Source: an uncultured Planctomycetales bacterium (GTDB lineage Bacteria; Planctomycetota; SZUA-567; JAFGNG01). Taken from it: a stretch of DNA of 64,000 nt. Shown here in pieces: positions 1-10,386 of this stretch (position 1 is its first letter; every line of letters begins with the position of its first letter). Made by a program: the position numbers and the translations under genes. The stretch is from NCBI GenBank assembly GCA_964577825.1, contig CAZOBJ010000004.1, positions 3,226 to 67,225 of the forward strand, read 5' to 3'. Below the pieces are notes generated by a model. That model was given only the letters and a program-made list of their open reading frames with translations. It was not told the DNA's origin and made no database searches.

Positions 1-1
1 C

Positions 2-484
2 GGCGGCGTGGTGAGCGCGGCGAACTTCAACAGCCCGGCGCAGGTCGTCATCACCGGCGAGGCGCAGCCCGTGGACCGGGCCGCGGCCCTGGCCACCGAG
101 CAGGGGGCCAAGCGCACCGTGCCCCTGAAGGTGAGCGGCCCCTGGCACAGCACGCTCATGACCTCGGCGCAGGAGGCGTTCGCGAAGGAATTGGCGCAGG
201 AGACCCTGGCCGACGCGCGCGTGCCCGTGTACACGAACCTGGACGCCCGGCCCAAGCAGAGCGCTCAGGCCGTGCGCGAGGCCCTGGTCGGACAGATGAC
301 CCTGCCCGTGCACTGGGGCTCGACCGTGCAGGCGTTGCATCGAGACTTCGCGGAGGCCGTGTTCCTGGAGTGCGGGCCCGGCCGGGTGCTGCGGGGGCTC
401 ATTCGGGCGATCGACAGAGAGGTCACCTGCCTGGGCGTGGACTCTCCGCGCGCGCTCCAGGAGGCCGTGGACAGGCTTGCCTAG
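2..484 (+). CDS. fabD: malonyl CoA-ACP transacylase, C-terminal fragment (gene runs off the left edge)
   Basis: The ORF is open from the window edge. The translation NFNSPAQVVITGE...LKVSGPWHSTLM...ECGPGRVL matches the C-terminal half of FabD-type acyltransferases. Confidence 0.85.
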   Translation, partial: GGVVSAANFNSPAQVVITGEAQPVDRAAALATEQGAKRTVPLKVSGPWHSTLMTSAQEAFAKELAQETLADARVPVYTNLDARPKQSAQAVREALVGQMTLPVHWGSTVQALHRDFAEAVFLECGPGRVLRGLIRAIDREVTCLGVDSPRALQEAVDRLA

Positions 485-568
485 ACGCCTCGACCCCGAC
501 CAGGCCCTCCCGAGAGGATGCAGGTTCCCGAGGCGCCGCGCGCGGTCTGAGGCCTCAGGGCTCCGTGA

Positions 569-2716
569 TTAGGGGCCCGGATTCTCGGTGATCTCTTCGA
601 AGCCGGCGAGGTGGTGGTACAGCCCGCCCACGGTCACACCGATGAGCGCGGGATTGCTGATCACGTGGTCCAGGATGTACACAGCCGGCCCGCCGAACCC
701 GAGCGGGCTGTACGCGGTGCCCTTGATGCCGTGCGGGGTGTTCGTGACACCGAGCGTGAACCCGAAGAAGTGCTCGGCGACCTCCTCGCCGGGCGGCAGG
801 ATGCCCGGATCAATGGCGAGCGCGTCGAGCGCGGTGAGCGCGTTGAGGAACGGCAGCCCCGCGTCGTACACGTTCACGAACGAATCGCCCGCATCCACAT
901 AGGCCAACGCCCCCAACTCGCGCGGCATGCCTCCCAGGGTGCGGCGAAAGTCGCGTCGGTCGAGGATCGTCTTCTGCGAGGCGTCACGCAGGATCGACTT
1001 GAGCACCTGCGGATGCGTGGCCACGAGCACGGTGTTCCGTTCGCGCAACACGGCGTAACTGGGCGCAAAGGGCAACGGATACCCGGAATGGTTGAAGTAG
1101 AACACCCGTCCGTTCGGGTCGCTGGAAAACTGTCCGCCCAGGTGCTCTTCCATGCGGCGGATCACGTCGTCGAAGGCCCGTGGGTCGGCCCGGTCGAACC
1201 TGAGCGCCTGGCCGTACGGACCGGCGTGATAGATGACCGAATCGCCTAGCGAACCCAGGACTTCGTCCGTGGGCACGCCCAGGATCTTCTGCTCGCGGGC
1301 GAGTGCGGCCAGGCTCAGGCGCGGGCCTTCGTCGTCGGTTGACGGCCAGATGTCGCGCACCGCGTCGATGAGCACCGGGACCTCTTCATAGAGTTCGCGC
1401 AGGCTCACCCGCGCGGCGGCGAGCCCCTGCGCCCTGTCCGGAACCTCGCCCGCGCCGCCGGTGAGGGTGTGCTCGAGCCGGAAGATCTGTAGGACGCCCG
1501 TACGCTCGCCCGGGGCGTACAGGTACACCGTCTGCCGCAGCCCTTCGCCCAGCCAGTGCGTGCCCACGCCCACCGCGCGCACGCTGGGAAGGCCCAGCGC
1601 ATGGATCACGCGTACGGTCTTCCTGTTGGTCACTTCTTCCAGCACGGGGATCGCCCGCTGGGTGTCCAAATAGAAGAACGGCCCGTCGCGCTCGACCTCC
1701 GCGCCGCGGCGCGCGGCCAGGAACACGGGGCTCTCTGCCAGCGAGGTCGTCTCCCTGGTGGCGTGTCGCGCGAGCATGCGCGCGAGCGCCTCGCCGTCTC
1801 GCGAGTAGATGAGCAGGTTGTCCACCAGCACGAAGAAGTTCTGGTGCGGCGTGGGTATGACCAGAGCGGGCACGCCGTTGACCTTTACGGACTGGACCGG
1901 AATGCCCGGACTGAGCAATCGTTGTGTTAAGTCGCGCAGCGCGGCATAGACCTTCCGGCGGTCAGGCGGCTGGGCGAAGGAAAAGCCCACTTCGATCAAG
2001 GGCATGCCGGTCTCCGGATCCAGGCCGCGGAAGCCGATGGCGATCTGCGAAGCGAGCAGGTCGCGCAAGATCGGCTCGTGCTGGCGGACGATCGGGTCGA
2101 TCTCCTGTTGATATTCGTCGACCAGGGTCTGCCCGAGCGCGGAAAGCTCGCGCAGAAACCCGTCCACGTCGGGTTGCGCGGCCGCGGCCTCGTCGCGGTA
2201 CTTGCCCACGAGGTCCCGGAACTCCCGCTCCTGTTCGTTCACTGTCATCAGCAGGAAGGGGCAGACCCGGTCGGCCTGTGCGGCCACGGATCCGCCGGGT
2301 GCGTCCACGAGCGCGCGCAATTCGCGCGCGTGCCGGCTCCACAGGGCCTTGGCCTCCGGGCGCTCGTGTTCCACGAGCTCGGCCGCAACGAGCTGTCCCT
2401 GCATCGTGTTCTGGAGGATGAGATCGATGGTCTCGTTGCGGCGCAGCTTGAGCAGGTCCAGGAACTCTGCCACCTCCGGGTGATCGGCCATGCGGCCGAT
2501 CGCGCCTTGCTTGAGTCCGTCCCAGAATCCCATGTCCGGGTAGGACCGGACAAAGGCGATCGTGTCCGACGGCAGCACGTCCGCAAGTCCGAGGCGTGGC
2601 GCGGACGGAGTCGGTCGGACCGGCGGTTGCGCCGCGGACGCGTACGTGAGCAGCGCGGTGCAAATGATCGCCAGGAGCCCGGCAGCCCTCAGCCGGGTTC
2701 GACAGCAGGTAGGCAT
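569..2716 (-). CDS. exported protein of unknown function, paralog 1 of a 4-member family (DUF3352-like by memory)
   Basis: 715 aa counted from ATG 2716; the longest ORF, to 2794, only adds a non-hydrophobic leader. It has a signal/anchor sequence LLAIICTALLTYASAAQ. It shares an N-terminal block (LADVLPSDTIAFV) and a central block (GRVFYFNHSGYPLPFAPSYAVLRERNTVLVATHPQVLKSIL) with the two upstream genes. No catalytic motif was recognised. Confidence 0.7.
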   Translation of the reverse strand: MPTCCRTRLRAAGLLAIICTALLTYASAAQPPVRPTPSAPRLGLADVLPSDTIAFVRSYPDMGFWDGLKQGAIGRMADHPEVAEFLDLLKLRRNETIDLILQNTMQGQLVAAELVEHERPEAKALWSRHARELRALVDAPGGSVAAQADRVCPFLLMTVNEQEREFRDLVGKYRDEAAAAQPDVDGFLRELSALGQTLVDEYQQEIDPIVRQHEPILRDLLASQIAIGFRGLDPETGMPLIEVGFSFAQPPDRRKVYAALRDLTQRLLSPGIPVQSVKVNGVPALVIPTPHQNFFVLVDNLLIYSRDGEALARMLARHATRETTSLAESPVFLAARRGAEVERDGPFFYLDTQRAIPVLEEVTNRKTVRVIHALGLPSVRAVGVGTHWLGEGLRQTVYLYAPGERTGVLQIFRLEHTLTGGAGEVPDRAQGLAAARVSLRELYEEVPVLIDAVRDIWPSTDDEGPRLSLAALAREQKILGVPTDEVLGSLGDSVIYHAGPYGQALRFDRADPRAFDDVIRRMEEHLGGQFSSDPNGRVFYFNHSGYPLPFAPSYAVLRERNTVLVATHPQVLKSILRDASQKTILDRRDFRRTLGGMPRELGALAYVDAGDSFVNVYDAGLPFLNALTALDALAIDPGILPPGEEVAEHFFGFTLGVTNTPHGIKGTAYSPLGFGGPAVYILDHVISNPALIGVTVGGLYHHLAGFEEITENPGP

Positions 2717-2735
2717 GGACAGGGACCCCCTATTC

Positions 2736-4961
2736 TCACTCTCTCGTTTCGTGCGGTTCCGATGCGGGTACCGGCTCGGTTGAGACGCTCTCAAGAATCC
2801 GTCGGGCGCGCGCGCGTGTCAGGCGTTTCACGCGTCCGTCCGCAAACAATATCCATACGTGCTCCCGGCCGGTGTCAAGGGGCTCGTGCGCGAGCGGGCG
2901 GGCGGCAGCCGGCGAGGCCGGCGCAGGGACGAGCACGAACCGGCGGTGCGCGTTCTCTCTCTCCGGACAGACCGCCGCCTCGGTGCGCAGCCCCCCAGGT
3001 TCGAACAGGTCCTGCCAGCCGGCGGGCGGGTGGCCGGTTTCGCGCACGCAGGTGCGCCAGGCGGCGTGAATGGCCTGCAGGCGCGCGCGCACCGTGGCTC
3101 GGCGCTCCTCGGCGCGGCGCTCTGCGCGGGCATGGCCCAGGATCCCGGCCACCGCGGCCATGCGCACTACGCCGCCGGGGCCGCGGAAAAGATCCGCGAA
3201 GTGCCCCCCGGCCCACGCGGGCGCGCCCCACAGCCCCGCAGGGCCGACGGCCACGAGTGCGACGCCCTCCGGGCGACGCACGACCGTGACCGTGGTATCC
3301 GTCCAGGCGACCCCCAGGTCCGTTGCCGGCGGCAGGACCGCGGGATCGGCCTCGAATCCGGGTACGGCCGTGGCCGCGTGCAGCGCGCAGGCCAGGCCGC
3401 GGTAGAGCGCAGGCAGCGCATGGCTGGTGCGCAGGTAGGCGACGGCGGCGGCCGGGTCGCCCTCGACCGAGGCCAGGGCCGCCTGGAACCCGGGGCTCGC
3501 GGCCAGGCCATTCTCTTCGGCGCGCGCGAGATATCGGGCGAGCACATGCGGGTAGGCCGCGATCCATAGCGACTCGTCCGTGAGCGCGAGCGCGGGCGCC
3601 ACGCCCGCGCGCCCGCCGGGCGGCAGGCGATAGAGGACCGGAATCCCGCTGCACTCCGTGGTGCGCCATGCGCCGGGTCCGGTTGCCTGCCGAAGGTCCG
3701 CGAGGCACTGGCGCGCGAGAGACGCGTCGCGCACCGGCACGTGCACGATCGAGTCCGGAGGATACAGGCGCGGCGCGCTCCTCTCTCGGGCCGGGAACAG
3801 GGAGATGCTGCCCGTGAACGCCTGGCCGATCTGTTCGCGTACCGACAGGCCGCTGGCCGCTTCCCGGTCCTGGAGCGCTTGCTCCCATCGCGCGGCCAGC
3901 TCGGGCGCGCCCGCCTGCAAATGAGGCGCAATCCGTTCCCACAGCCCGTCCAGGTCCAGGTGGATCGCGACGAAGCAGTCGGCCTCGTGCGGGGCCAGCG
4001 CGGCTTGGGCGGCCGGGTCGGGGCGGTTCTGGAGTGCGGCCAGCAGGCCGGTCGGGCCGTCGGGCGTGGAAAGAGAAAGGGTGTGCGCCACCCGGCCGTC
4101 CTGTCGGGTGCGCCCGCCGAGCGCAAGGTACTCGGCGCCCTCGAGCCCCGAGACCGCAAGCATGGTCTTCACTCGCGGCTCGCCCAGGGAAGCGAACGCC
4201 TCCACCAGAGGCCGCACCCGCACGAACAGGAAGGCATGCTCGGCGGAGGCCCGGGTGCGGGACAGCGCATCGCCGAACAGGGGCAGGTCGGCGAGGGCGG
4301 GGTTGGGCGTCTGCTCCAGGGCGGCCAGGTCATCGCGGCCGCCGCCCAGCACGACGACGAGCCGCCCCGGGGCCACGCGCAAGGCGCCGTTCAGGGGCGC
4401 GAGCAAATCATATCCCCCCTCGCCGTCCGGGCGGACGAACGCGGGCAGGCCGTGATGCAGCCGCCCGGCCGCGACTGCGGCGCGCACCTCGTCGCGCAAC
4501 CGCACCTGCACGGCCACGAGCGGGCGCCCGGTGCTCGTGGAAAGCCCGGGCACCGCCAGGGTCAGCTCGCCGTCCAGCGAATCGAGCCAGTCGGCGAGCT
4601 TGCCCGCCTGCTCGCGCCGCGCGGCGGCGGCAGCGCTGCGCGCCGGGGGCGGCAGGGGCGCCTGGGGCAACAGGGCGCAGAGCACGGCCTCCAGGATCGC
4701 GGCCTTGTCCCGGTCGACCTCGTCCAGGAAGGCCTGAACCTGCGGATGGCCGGTCACCTGCGCGAGCGCGGTGCGCGGGCCTTCGGGATTGCGGGACGCG
4801 CGTGCGGGCACATGCAGGTAGACAAGCGTGTGCTCGGGCAGGACCCGCGTGAGGGGCAAGGGCGCGCCTGGCTCGGCGCAGCGGCCGTGTGCGGCCCACA
4901 GGCCGCAGGCGGCGAGCGCGAGGATCAGTGCGGCGCTGTAGCACCGGGTGCGCTCTCTCAT
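2736..4961 (-). CDS. exported protein of unknown function, paralog 2 (DUF3352-like)
   Basis: 741 aa from ATG 4961, which overlaps the TGA of the upstream gene (ATGA). Signal peptide MRERTRCYSAALILALAACGLWAAHG. Family blocks LTRVLPEHTLVYL and GIPVLYRLPPGGRAGVAPALALTDESLWIAAYPHVLARYL. It has an extra C-terminal tail ending ...HVWILFADGRVKRL. Confidence 0.7.
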   Translation of the reverse strand: MRERTRCYSAALILALAACGLWAAHGRCAEPGAPLPLTRVLPEHTLVYLHVPARASRNPEGPRTALAQVTGHPQVQAFLDEVDRDKAAILEAVLCALLPQAPLPPPARSAAAAARREQAGKLADWLDSLDGELTLAVPGLSTSTGRPLVAVQVRLRDEVRAAVAAGRLHHGLPAFVRPDGEGGYDLLAPLNGALRVAPGRLVVVLGGGRDDLAALEQTPNPALADLPLFGDALSRTRASAEHAFLFVRVRPLVEAFASLGEPRVKTMLAVSGLEGAEYLALGGRTRQDGRVAHTLSLSTPDGPTGLLAALQNRPDPAAQAALAPHEADCFVAIHLDLDGLWERIAPHLQAGAPELAARWEQALQDREAASGLSVREQIGQAFTGSISLFPARERSAPRLYPPDSIVHVPVRDASLARQCLADLRQATGPGAWRTTECSGIPVLYRLPPGGRAGVAPALALTDESLWIAAYPHVLARYLARAEENGLAASPGFQAALASVEGDPAAAVAYLRTSHALPALYRGLACALHAATAVPGFEADPAVLPPATDLGVAWTDTTVTVVRRPEGVALVAVGPAGLWGAPAWAGGHFADLFRGPGGVVRMAAVAGILGHARAERRAEERRATVRARLQAIHAAWRTCVRETGHPPAGWQDLFEPGGLRTEAAVCPERENAHRRFVLVPAPASPAAARPLAHEPLDTGREHVWILFADGRVKRLTRARARRILESVSTEPVPASEPHETRE

Positions 4962-6751
4962 CGCACCGCCTCCGGCCGCACAGGCTCGAGCGCCGGCACG
5001 GGCGTCTGCGGGAGCGTGAGATCGGGGTCGGCATCCGGGCTCAGGACCGCCGCGGCCACGGGCAGGCCCAGGGGCCCCTCGGTGAGCGCGGCCGCGGTCG
5101 CCAGGGCGGGGGTCAGGGCGTCCCACACGCCGAAGGGGCCGTACCAGGTGAGCTCCAGTCCCGCGTCCGTGCGCCGGAGGGTGGCAGCGAGTCCACCCCC
5201 GTCCACGTCCGTGAGCACGGTTCCAAGCGCGGGCAGCGTGCCCGCGTCGAACAGGTTCGGGTCAAGCGCAAGCGCGCTCTGCACCATGGCGAGCGCGACC
5301 TCGTACCCGTCCACCACGGGCCGCGCATCGGGTGCGTACACGAGCATCGCGCCTTCGGGCACCTCTGCGGTCAGGCGCGCGAACTCATCCGCCTGGGGCA
5401 GGGGCGTGAAGTCCGGACCATCGAGCCGTGCGAGCACGCTTTTCACCGTGAGTACCTGCCCCCCCACGAGGACGGTGTGCTCGTCCACAAAGCAGTAGGC
5501 CGGCGCGACCGGAAGCGGGCCGTCGAATTGGTTCCAGTAGCGGATCGTATGGCCGCGATAGACCAGGCTGCGCGAGCGCGCCTCGTCCAGACACGCGTCC
5601 ACGCGGGCGAGGTAGGCCTCCAGGGCCTTGCGGTCGCGCACGTCCGCGAACGCGTACAGCCCGCTTGGGCCGGAGGCGATCGAGCATTCGGGGCCGAGGG
5701 CTGCGAAGAGCTCGGTGAACTCGAAGCGCGCGGTCTCTTCGAACGCGTCGATCGCGCGCAGGAGCGCCCCCACCTCTTGCGCGGGCTCCCCTTGGTCGGC
5801 GCTCAGTGCTTCGAGCCCACCTCGCAGGGCCAGCCACAGGCGAGGCAGGCGCACGCGCGCGGTGGCGAACCCCGTGGCCTCGGCCGGTACGTACCGGGCG
5901 TGGCGCGCGCTCGCGGAGTCCGCGTGGAGCATGCGCGTGGGCTCGGGCGCGGGATTGGAGTCTTCCAGGAACACGGTGGTGCGATACCCGTGCTTGTGCG
6001 GGGTGCAGGCGAGCGCCGCGCGGCCGATCGTCCCGAGCCCCTGCGCGCGCTCGCCGCGCCGCACGCGCACAAAGGTCAGCCAGCCCCCGCGCTCGGGATC
6101 CAGGCTGCCGCGCGCCCGTGCATACAGATCCGTGCCCGCCAGGGTCGACAGGCTCGCCGCGGCCTCGGGATCGAGAGCATCTTCGTCGAGCATGGGAAAC
6201 GTGTCCGGCCCGATGCCGATGACGAGGTCCTCGCCGCGGACGGTCCAGGCCACGGGTCGGCCGTCGAACACGAGTGCGCCCGTATCGGCTCCGCCGGGGG
6301 GCTCGGTCGGTTGCGCGTCGTCGGCCATCTCCAGCAGGGCCTCTTCGATGCGGGGCAGGGCCGCGGCCAGCCGGGGCGCCTGGGCGCCGAGGCGCACGTG
6401 CACGACCACGCGCGGCGCGCCGTTGGGTCCGGGTTCGAGCAGGGCCGCGCCCGCCGGACCGGGCGCCTGGGCCAGCAACTTCCGCATGGACACCCCGGTC
6501 CAGATGGCGCTCACGGCGTCCAGGGCCTGGAGCTGCGCGCGCGCGGGTGCCCAGGCGCTGCGCACGCCCGGGTCCTGCAAGAACCGGTGCAGCCCGGTCA
6601 AGGGCTGCGCGTCGGGGCCCGGGAACCAGACCACGCACAACGGCGCGGACTGCGGCACGTGCGCGGGCAGTGCGAAGGCCTGCTCGGCTGCGCCCGCCGG
6701 ACACGCCGCTGTCAGGACCAGGGCACAGAGGACCGGTCGCCAGGAAACCAT
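4958..6751 (-). CDS. exported protein of unknown function, paralog 3 (DUF3352-like)
   Basis: 597 aa from ATG 6751 (MVSWRPVLCALVLTAACPAGAAEQ signal peptide). The longer ORF to 7252 would run antisense through acpP. Family block GHTIRYWNQFDGPLPVAPAYCFVDEHTVLVGGQVLTVKSVL. Confidence 0.7.
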   Translation of the reverse strand: MVSWRPVLCALVLTAACPAGAAEQAFALPAHVPQSAPLCVVWFPGPDAQPLTGLHRFLQDPGVRSAWAPARAQLQALDAVSAIWTGVSMRKLLAQAPGPAGAALLEPGPNGAPRVVVHVRLGAQAPRLAAALPRIEEALLEMADDAQPTEPPGGADTGALVFDGRPVAWTVRGEDLVIGIGPDTFPMLDEDALDPEAAASLSTLAGTDLYARARGSLDPERGGWLTFVRVRRGERAQGLGTIGRAALACTPHKHGYRTTVFLEDSNPAPEPTRMLHADSASARHARYVPAEATGFATARVRLPRLWLALRGGLEALSADQGEPAQEVGALLRAIDAFEETARFEFTELFAALGPECSIASGPSGLYAFADVRDRKALEAYLARVDACLDEARSRSLVYRGHTIRYWNQFDGPLPVAPAYCFVDEHTVLVGGQVLTVKSVLARLDGPDFTPLPQADEFARLTAEVPEGAMLVYAPDARPVVDGYEVALAMVQSALALDPNLFDAGTLPALGTVLTDVDGGGLAATLRRTDAGLELTWYGPFGVWDALTPALATAAALTEGPLGLPVAAAVLSPDADPDLTLPQTPVPALEPVRPEAVR

Positions 6752-7015
6752 GCGTAAGAGACGCCTCCTCCGGGGGAACCGCGGGACCCCGCGCGCGTAC
6801 AACCGAGTATCAGGCTCGCGGGGGCCTTCCCTCGCGTGATACTGAATCTGCGGCCCCAAGTCGAGCCAAAACCGCGCGTTCGCCCCTGTCTCGAAAAGTG
6901 CTTGCAAGAACGGCGGGCCGCCGGTATGTTCACATGTCTTTGCGCAGTTGCGCCGCGCGTTCGGCATGACGTTCTGCCGGGCGCCGTTGTGAACAATCGG
7001 CCCGAAAGGGGGAGG

Positions 7016-7273
7016 ATGATGGACAGGAACGAGGTGCAGACCAGGGTCAAGCAGGCCATCGCGCGGGTGCTCGGCGCCGAGGAGTCCGAGATCCAGGACA
7101 CCAGCAACTTCGTGTTCGACCTGGGCGCGGACAGCCAGCAGTCGGTGGAGCTCGTGGCCGCGTTCGAGGAGGAATTCGACATCGAGATGGACGAGGACGA
7201 GGCCCTCGCCGTCCAGTCCGTGGGCGATGCGGTGAACTTCATCGCCGGCCACCTGGAGTCGGCCGGCCGGTAG
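7016..7273 (+). CDS. acpP: acyl carrier protein
   Basis: 85 aa, with aaaggggGAGGatg upstream of ATG 7016. LGADSQQSVELVAAFEEEFDIEMDEDEA is ACP helix II-III with the phosphopantetheine Ser, although the motif reads DSQ rather than the usual DSL. Confidence 0.85.
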   Translation: MMDRNEVQTRVKQAIARVLGAEESEIQDTSNFVFDLGADSQQSVELVAAFEEEFDIEMDEDEALAVQSVGDAVNFIAGHLESAGR

Positions 7274-7310
7274 CTCGCCGGGACGCCGTCATCCGTTGCG
7301 GAGGAACTGC

Positions 7311-9452
7311 ATGTCTTTGCGCGTCCCCAAGAACATCGACGCCGTCTTTGCCCCGCAGTCGGTCGCCGTCGTGGGCGCCACGCGCACGCGCGGCACCGTG
7401 CCCCACGACATCTTTCAGAACATCCTGGACGGCGGATTCCAGGGCGTCACCTACCCGGTGAGCCCGCGCTCGCCGTCGATCAGCGGGGTGAAGGCGTACA
7501 AATACGTGGTCGACATCCCCGACGAGGTGGACCTCGCGATCATCGTGTTCCCGAGCTCGGTCTGCCACCTGGCCCTGGAGCAGTGCGGCCAGAAGGGGGT
7601 GAAGGCGGCGATCATCATCTCCGCCGGCTTCCGCGAGGTGGGCCCCGGCGGGGCGGACCGGGAGCGCCAGGCCCAGGAGATCGCGGCCAAGTACGGCATC
7701 AACCTGATCGGCCCGAACTGCCTGGGCGCGATCAACACCGACCCGTCCGTGAGCCTGAACGCGAGCTTCGCCCGGAAGATGCCCGCCGAAGGGAGCATCG
7801 CGTTCCTGAGCCAGTCCGGGGCCCTGTGCACCGCGGTCCTGGACTACGCGCGCGGCAAGCACATCGGGTTCTCCAAGTTCATCTCCTTCGGGAACAAGGC
7901 GGACATCAACGAGATCGACCTGCTCCACTACCTGGCCGCGGACAAGGCGACCAAGGTGATCCTCATCTACCTGGAGGAAATCACCGACGGGCGCGGCCTG
8001 CTGGAGGCCGCCCAGACCGTCATCCGCGAGACGGGCAAGCCGATCCTGGCCATCAAGAGCGGCCGCACCCACGCCGGGGCCTCGGCCGCGGCCAGCCACA
8101 CCGGCAGCCTGGCGGGTTCGGACGACGTGTGCGACGCGATCTTCCGCCAGGCGGGCATCCTGCGGTGCCGCACGATCGAGGAGATGTTCAACAAGGCGAC
8201 CGCGCTTGCCTACCAGCCGTGGCCGCGCTCGGACCGCGTGGCCATTGTCACCAACGCAGGCGGCCCGGGCGTCATGGCCACGGACGCGTGCGTGGAGAAC
8301 GGGCTGTCTCTGGCGCGTTTCTCGGAGGAGACCAGGTCCGTGCTCAAGGACCGGCTGCCGCGCACCGCGAACCTGAACAACCCGGTGGACGTGATCGGCG
8401 ACGCGCGCTCGGACCGGTACGCCACCGCCCTGGGCGCGGTCCTCAAAGACGCGGACACCGCGGGCGCCATGGTCATCCTCACCCCGCAGTCCATGACCGA
8501 TATCGACGCCATCGCGGACGAGATCGTGCGCACCGCGGCGGCGAATCCGGACAAGCCGGTGCTAGCCTCGTTCATGGGCGAGGCGGACGTGCGCACGGGC
8601 ATCGACATCCTGCAGCGCAACCACATTCCCCATTACATCCTGCCCGAGTCCATGGCCTCGGCTTTTGCCGCGGCGCGCGAGGTCGAGCGCCTGGGCGCGG
8701 TGACCCGGGAGCCGGTGGCCCGGTTCGAGGACGTCGACCCGGTCCGTGCCCGGCAGGTGCTCTCCCAAGCGGGCGACCAGGGGTACCTGCCCGAGGCGCA
8801 GGCGTTCCAGGTGCTGGAGGCTTACGGCCTGCCGGTGCTCGGCACGGACGTGGCCGCCACCGCCGACGAGGCCGCGGCGGCGGCCGCGCGCGCCGGGTTC
8901 CCGGCCGTCATGAAGGTGAACAGCCCCGACGTCGTGCACAAGCTGGACGTGGGCGGGGTGATGCTCGACATCGCCACCGGGGAAGAGGCCCACGCCGCGT
9001 TCGAGTCGATCGTTGCGGCCGTGGGCAAGGCGCATCCGGAGGCCCGGGTAGACGGCGTGACGGTGCGCCGGATGATCCCCGCGGGCCAGGAGGTCATCCT
9101 CGGATGCAGGCGCGACCCGGTGTTCGGCCCGGTCATCATGTTCGGGCTGGGCGGCTCGTTCGTGGAGGTCTTCCGCGACGTGAGCTTCCGGGCCGCGCCC
9201 GTGGACGAGCACGCGGTGCACACCATGGTCCGGGAGGTGCAGAGCTTCCCGCTCCTGTCCGGCGCGCGGGGGCGAGCGCCCTGCGACGTGGCCGCGGTGG
9301 AGACCTGCATCAAGCGCCTGGCGCAGCTGGCCGTGGACCTGCCCGAGGTGGCCGAGCTCGACATGAACCCGGTAATCGTGCAGGAGGACGGAGAGGGCGC
9401 CTTCGTGGCCGACGCGCGGATTCTCGTGTCCGAGCCCGCGGCGGCCTCGTGA
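7311..9452 (+). CDS. acetate--CoA ligase (ADP-forming) family protein, fused alpha/beta subunits
   Basis: ATG 7311 is preceded by GGAGGA. The N-terminal CoA-binding domain reads SVAVVGATR...VYPVSP..., followed by a succinyl-CoA-synthetase-like flavodoxin domain and a C-terminal ATP-grasp ([21 protein letters not shown]). Confidence 0.85.
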   Translation: MSLRVPKNIDAVFAPQSVAVVGATRTRGTVPHDIFQNILDGGFQGVTYPVSPRSPSISGVKAYKYVVDIPDEVDLAIIVFPSSVCHLALEQCGQKGVKAAIIISAGFREVGPGGADRERQAQEIAAKYGINLIGPNCLGAINTDPSVSLNASFARKMPAEGSIAFLSQSGALCTAVLDYARGKHIGFSKFISFGNKADINEIDLLHYLAADKATKVILIYLEEITDGRGLLEAAQTVIRETGKPILAIKSGRTHAGASAAASHTGSLAGSDDVCDAIFRQAGILRCRTIEEMFNKATALAYQPWPRSDRVAIVTNAGGPGVMATDACVENGLSLARFSEETRSVLKDRLPRTANLNNPVDVIGDARSDRYATALGAVLKDADTAGAMVILTPQSMTDIDAIADEIVRTAAANPDKPVLASFMGEADVRTGIDILQRNHIPHYILPESMASAFAAAREVERLGAVTREPVARFEDVDPVRARQVLSQAGDQGYLPEAQAFQVLEAYGLPVLGTDVAATADEAAAAAARAGFPAVMKVNSPDVVHKLDVGGVMLDIATGEEAHAAFESIVAAVGKAHPEARVDGVTVRRMIPAGQEVILGCRRDPVFGPVIMFGLGGSFVEVFRDVSFRAAPVDEHAVHTMVREVQSFPLLSGARGRAPCDVAAVETCIKRLAQLAVDLPEVAELDMNPVIVQEDGEGAFVADARILVSEPAAAS

Positions 9453-9570
9453 GCGACGTGACCAACGGCACCAGAAACCGCGGGCCCGCTCGTCGGCGGG
9501 CGCGCACCGACAGGTAGACCGCCTCGCCGCCGGACCGGCCGCGGCAGGGGCCCAGGAAGAAGGGGAAACC

Positions 9571-10377
9571 ATGCGCATTATCATTCAGCACGACTATGCT
9601 GCGCTGAGCCAATGGAACGCCCATTACATCGCCCGGCGCATCCTGGACTACGGACCGTCCAAGGACCGGCCGTTCGTGCTGGGCCTGCCCACCGGGTCGA
9701 CGCCCATCGGCACGTACCAGGGGCTCGTGGAGCTGCACAAGCAGGGGACGCTCAGCTTCCAGCACGTGGTCACCTTCAACATGGACGAGTACGTGGCCCT
9801 GCCCGAGGAGCACCCGGAGAGCTATCACTCGTTCATGCGCAAGCATCTGTTCGACCACGTCGACATTCCCGAAGAGAACGTCAATATCCTGGACGGCAAC
9901 GCCAAGGACCTGGAGGCCGAGTGCGAGGCCTACGAGCAGAAGATGGCCGACCTGGGCGGGGTGGAGCTGTTCCTCGGCGGCATCGGGCCGGACGGGCACA
10001 TCGCGTTCAACGAGCCGGGCTCATCCCTGGGCAGCCGCACGCGCGTGAAGACCCTGACCGAGGACACGGTGATCGCGAACAGCCGCTTCTTCGACAACGA
10101 CGTGACCAAGGTGCCCAAGACCGCGCTGACCGTGGGCGTGGGCACGGTGATGGACGCGCGCGAGGTCATCATCCTCGTGAGCGGCCACAACAAGGCCCGC
10201 GCCCTGCAGAAGGTGGTCGAAGAGGGCGTCAACCACATCTGGACGGTCTCGGCGCTACAGATGCATCCGCACGGCATGATCGTGTGCGACGAAGAGTCCA
10301 CCGCCGAGCTGAAGGTGGGTACGGTCAAGTACTTCAAGGACATCGAGAGAGAGAATCTCAAGCCCGCCGAACTGTAG
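9571..10377 (+). CDS. nagB: glucosamine-6-phosphate deaminase
   Basis: The whole length looks like NagB: [44 protein letters not shown]. Confidence 0.95.
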   Translation: MRIIIQHDYAALSQWNAHYIARRILDYGPSKDRPFVLGLPTGSTPIGTYQGLVELHKQGTLSFQHVVTFNMDEYVALPEEHPESYHSFMRKHLFDHVDIPEENVNILDGNAKDLEAECEAYEQKMADLGGVELFLGGIGPDGHIAFNEPGSSLGSRTRVKTLTEDTVIANSRFFDNDVTKVPKTALTVGVGTVMDAREVIILVSGHNKARALQKVVEEGVNHIWTVSALQMHPHGMIVCDEESTAELKVGTVKYFKDIERENLKPAEL

Positions 10378-10386
10378 GGCGAGAGG

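Noticed and set aside
546-557. CTGAGGCCTCAG palindrome between the convergent fabD and paralog-1 genes as a bidirectional terminator
   Set aside because: A 12-nt perfect palindrome leaves no loop, and there is no flanking T/A tract. It is more likely chance or a restriction-type site.
6752-7252. N-terminal extension of ORF 4958-7252
   Set aside because: The extension runs antisense through acpP. An internal ATG at 6751 gives a canonical signal peptide.
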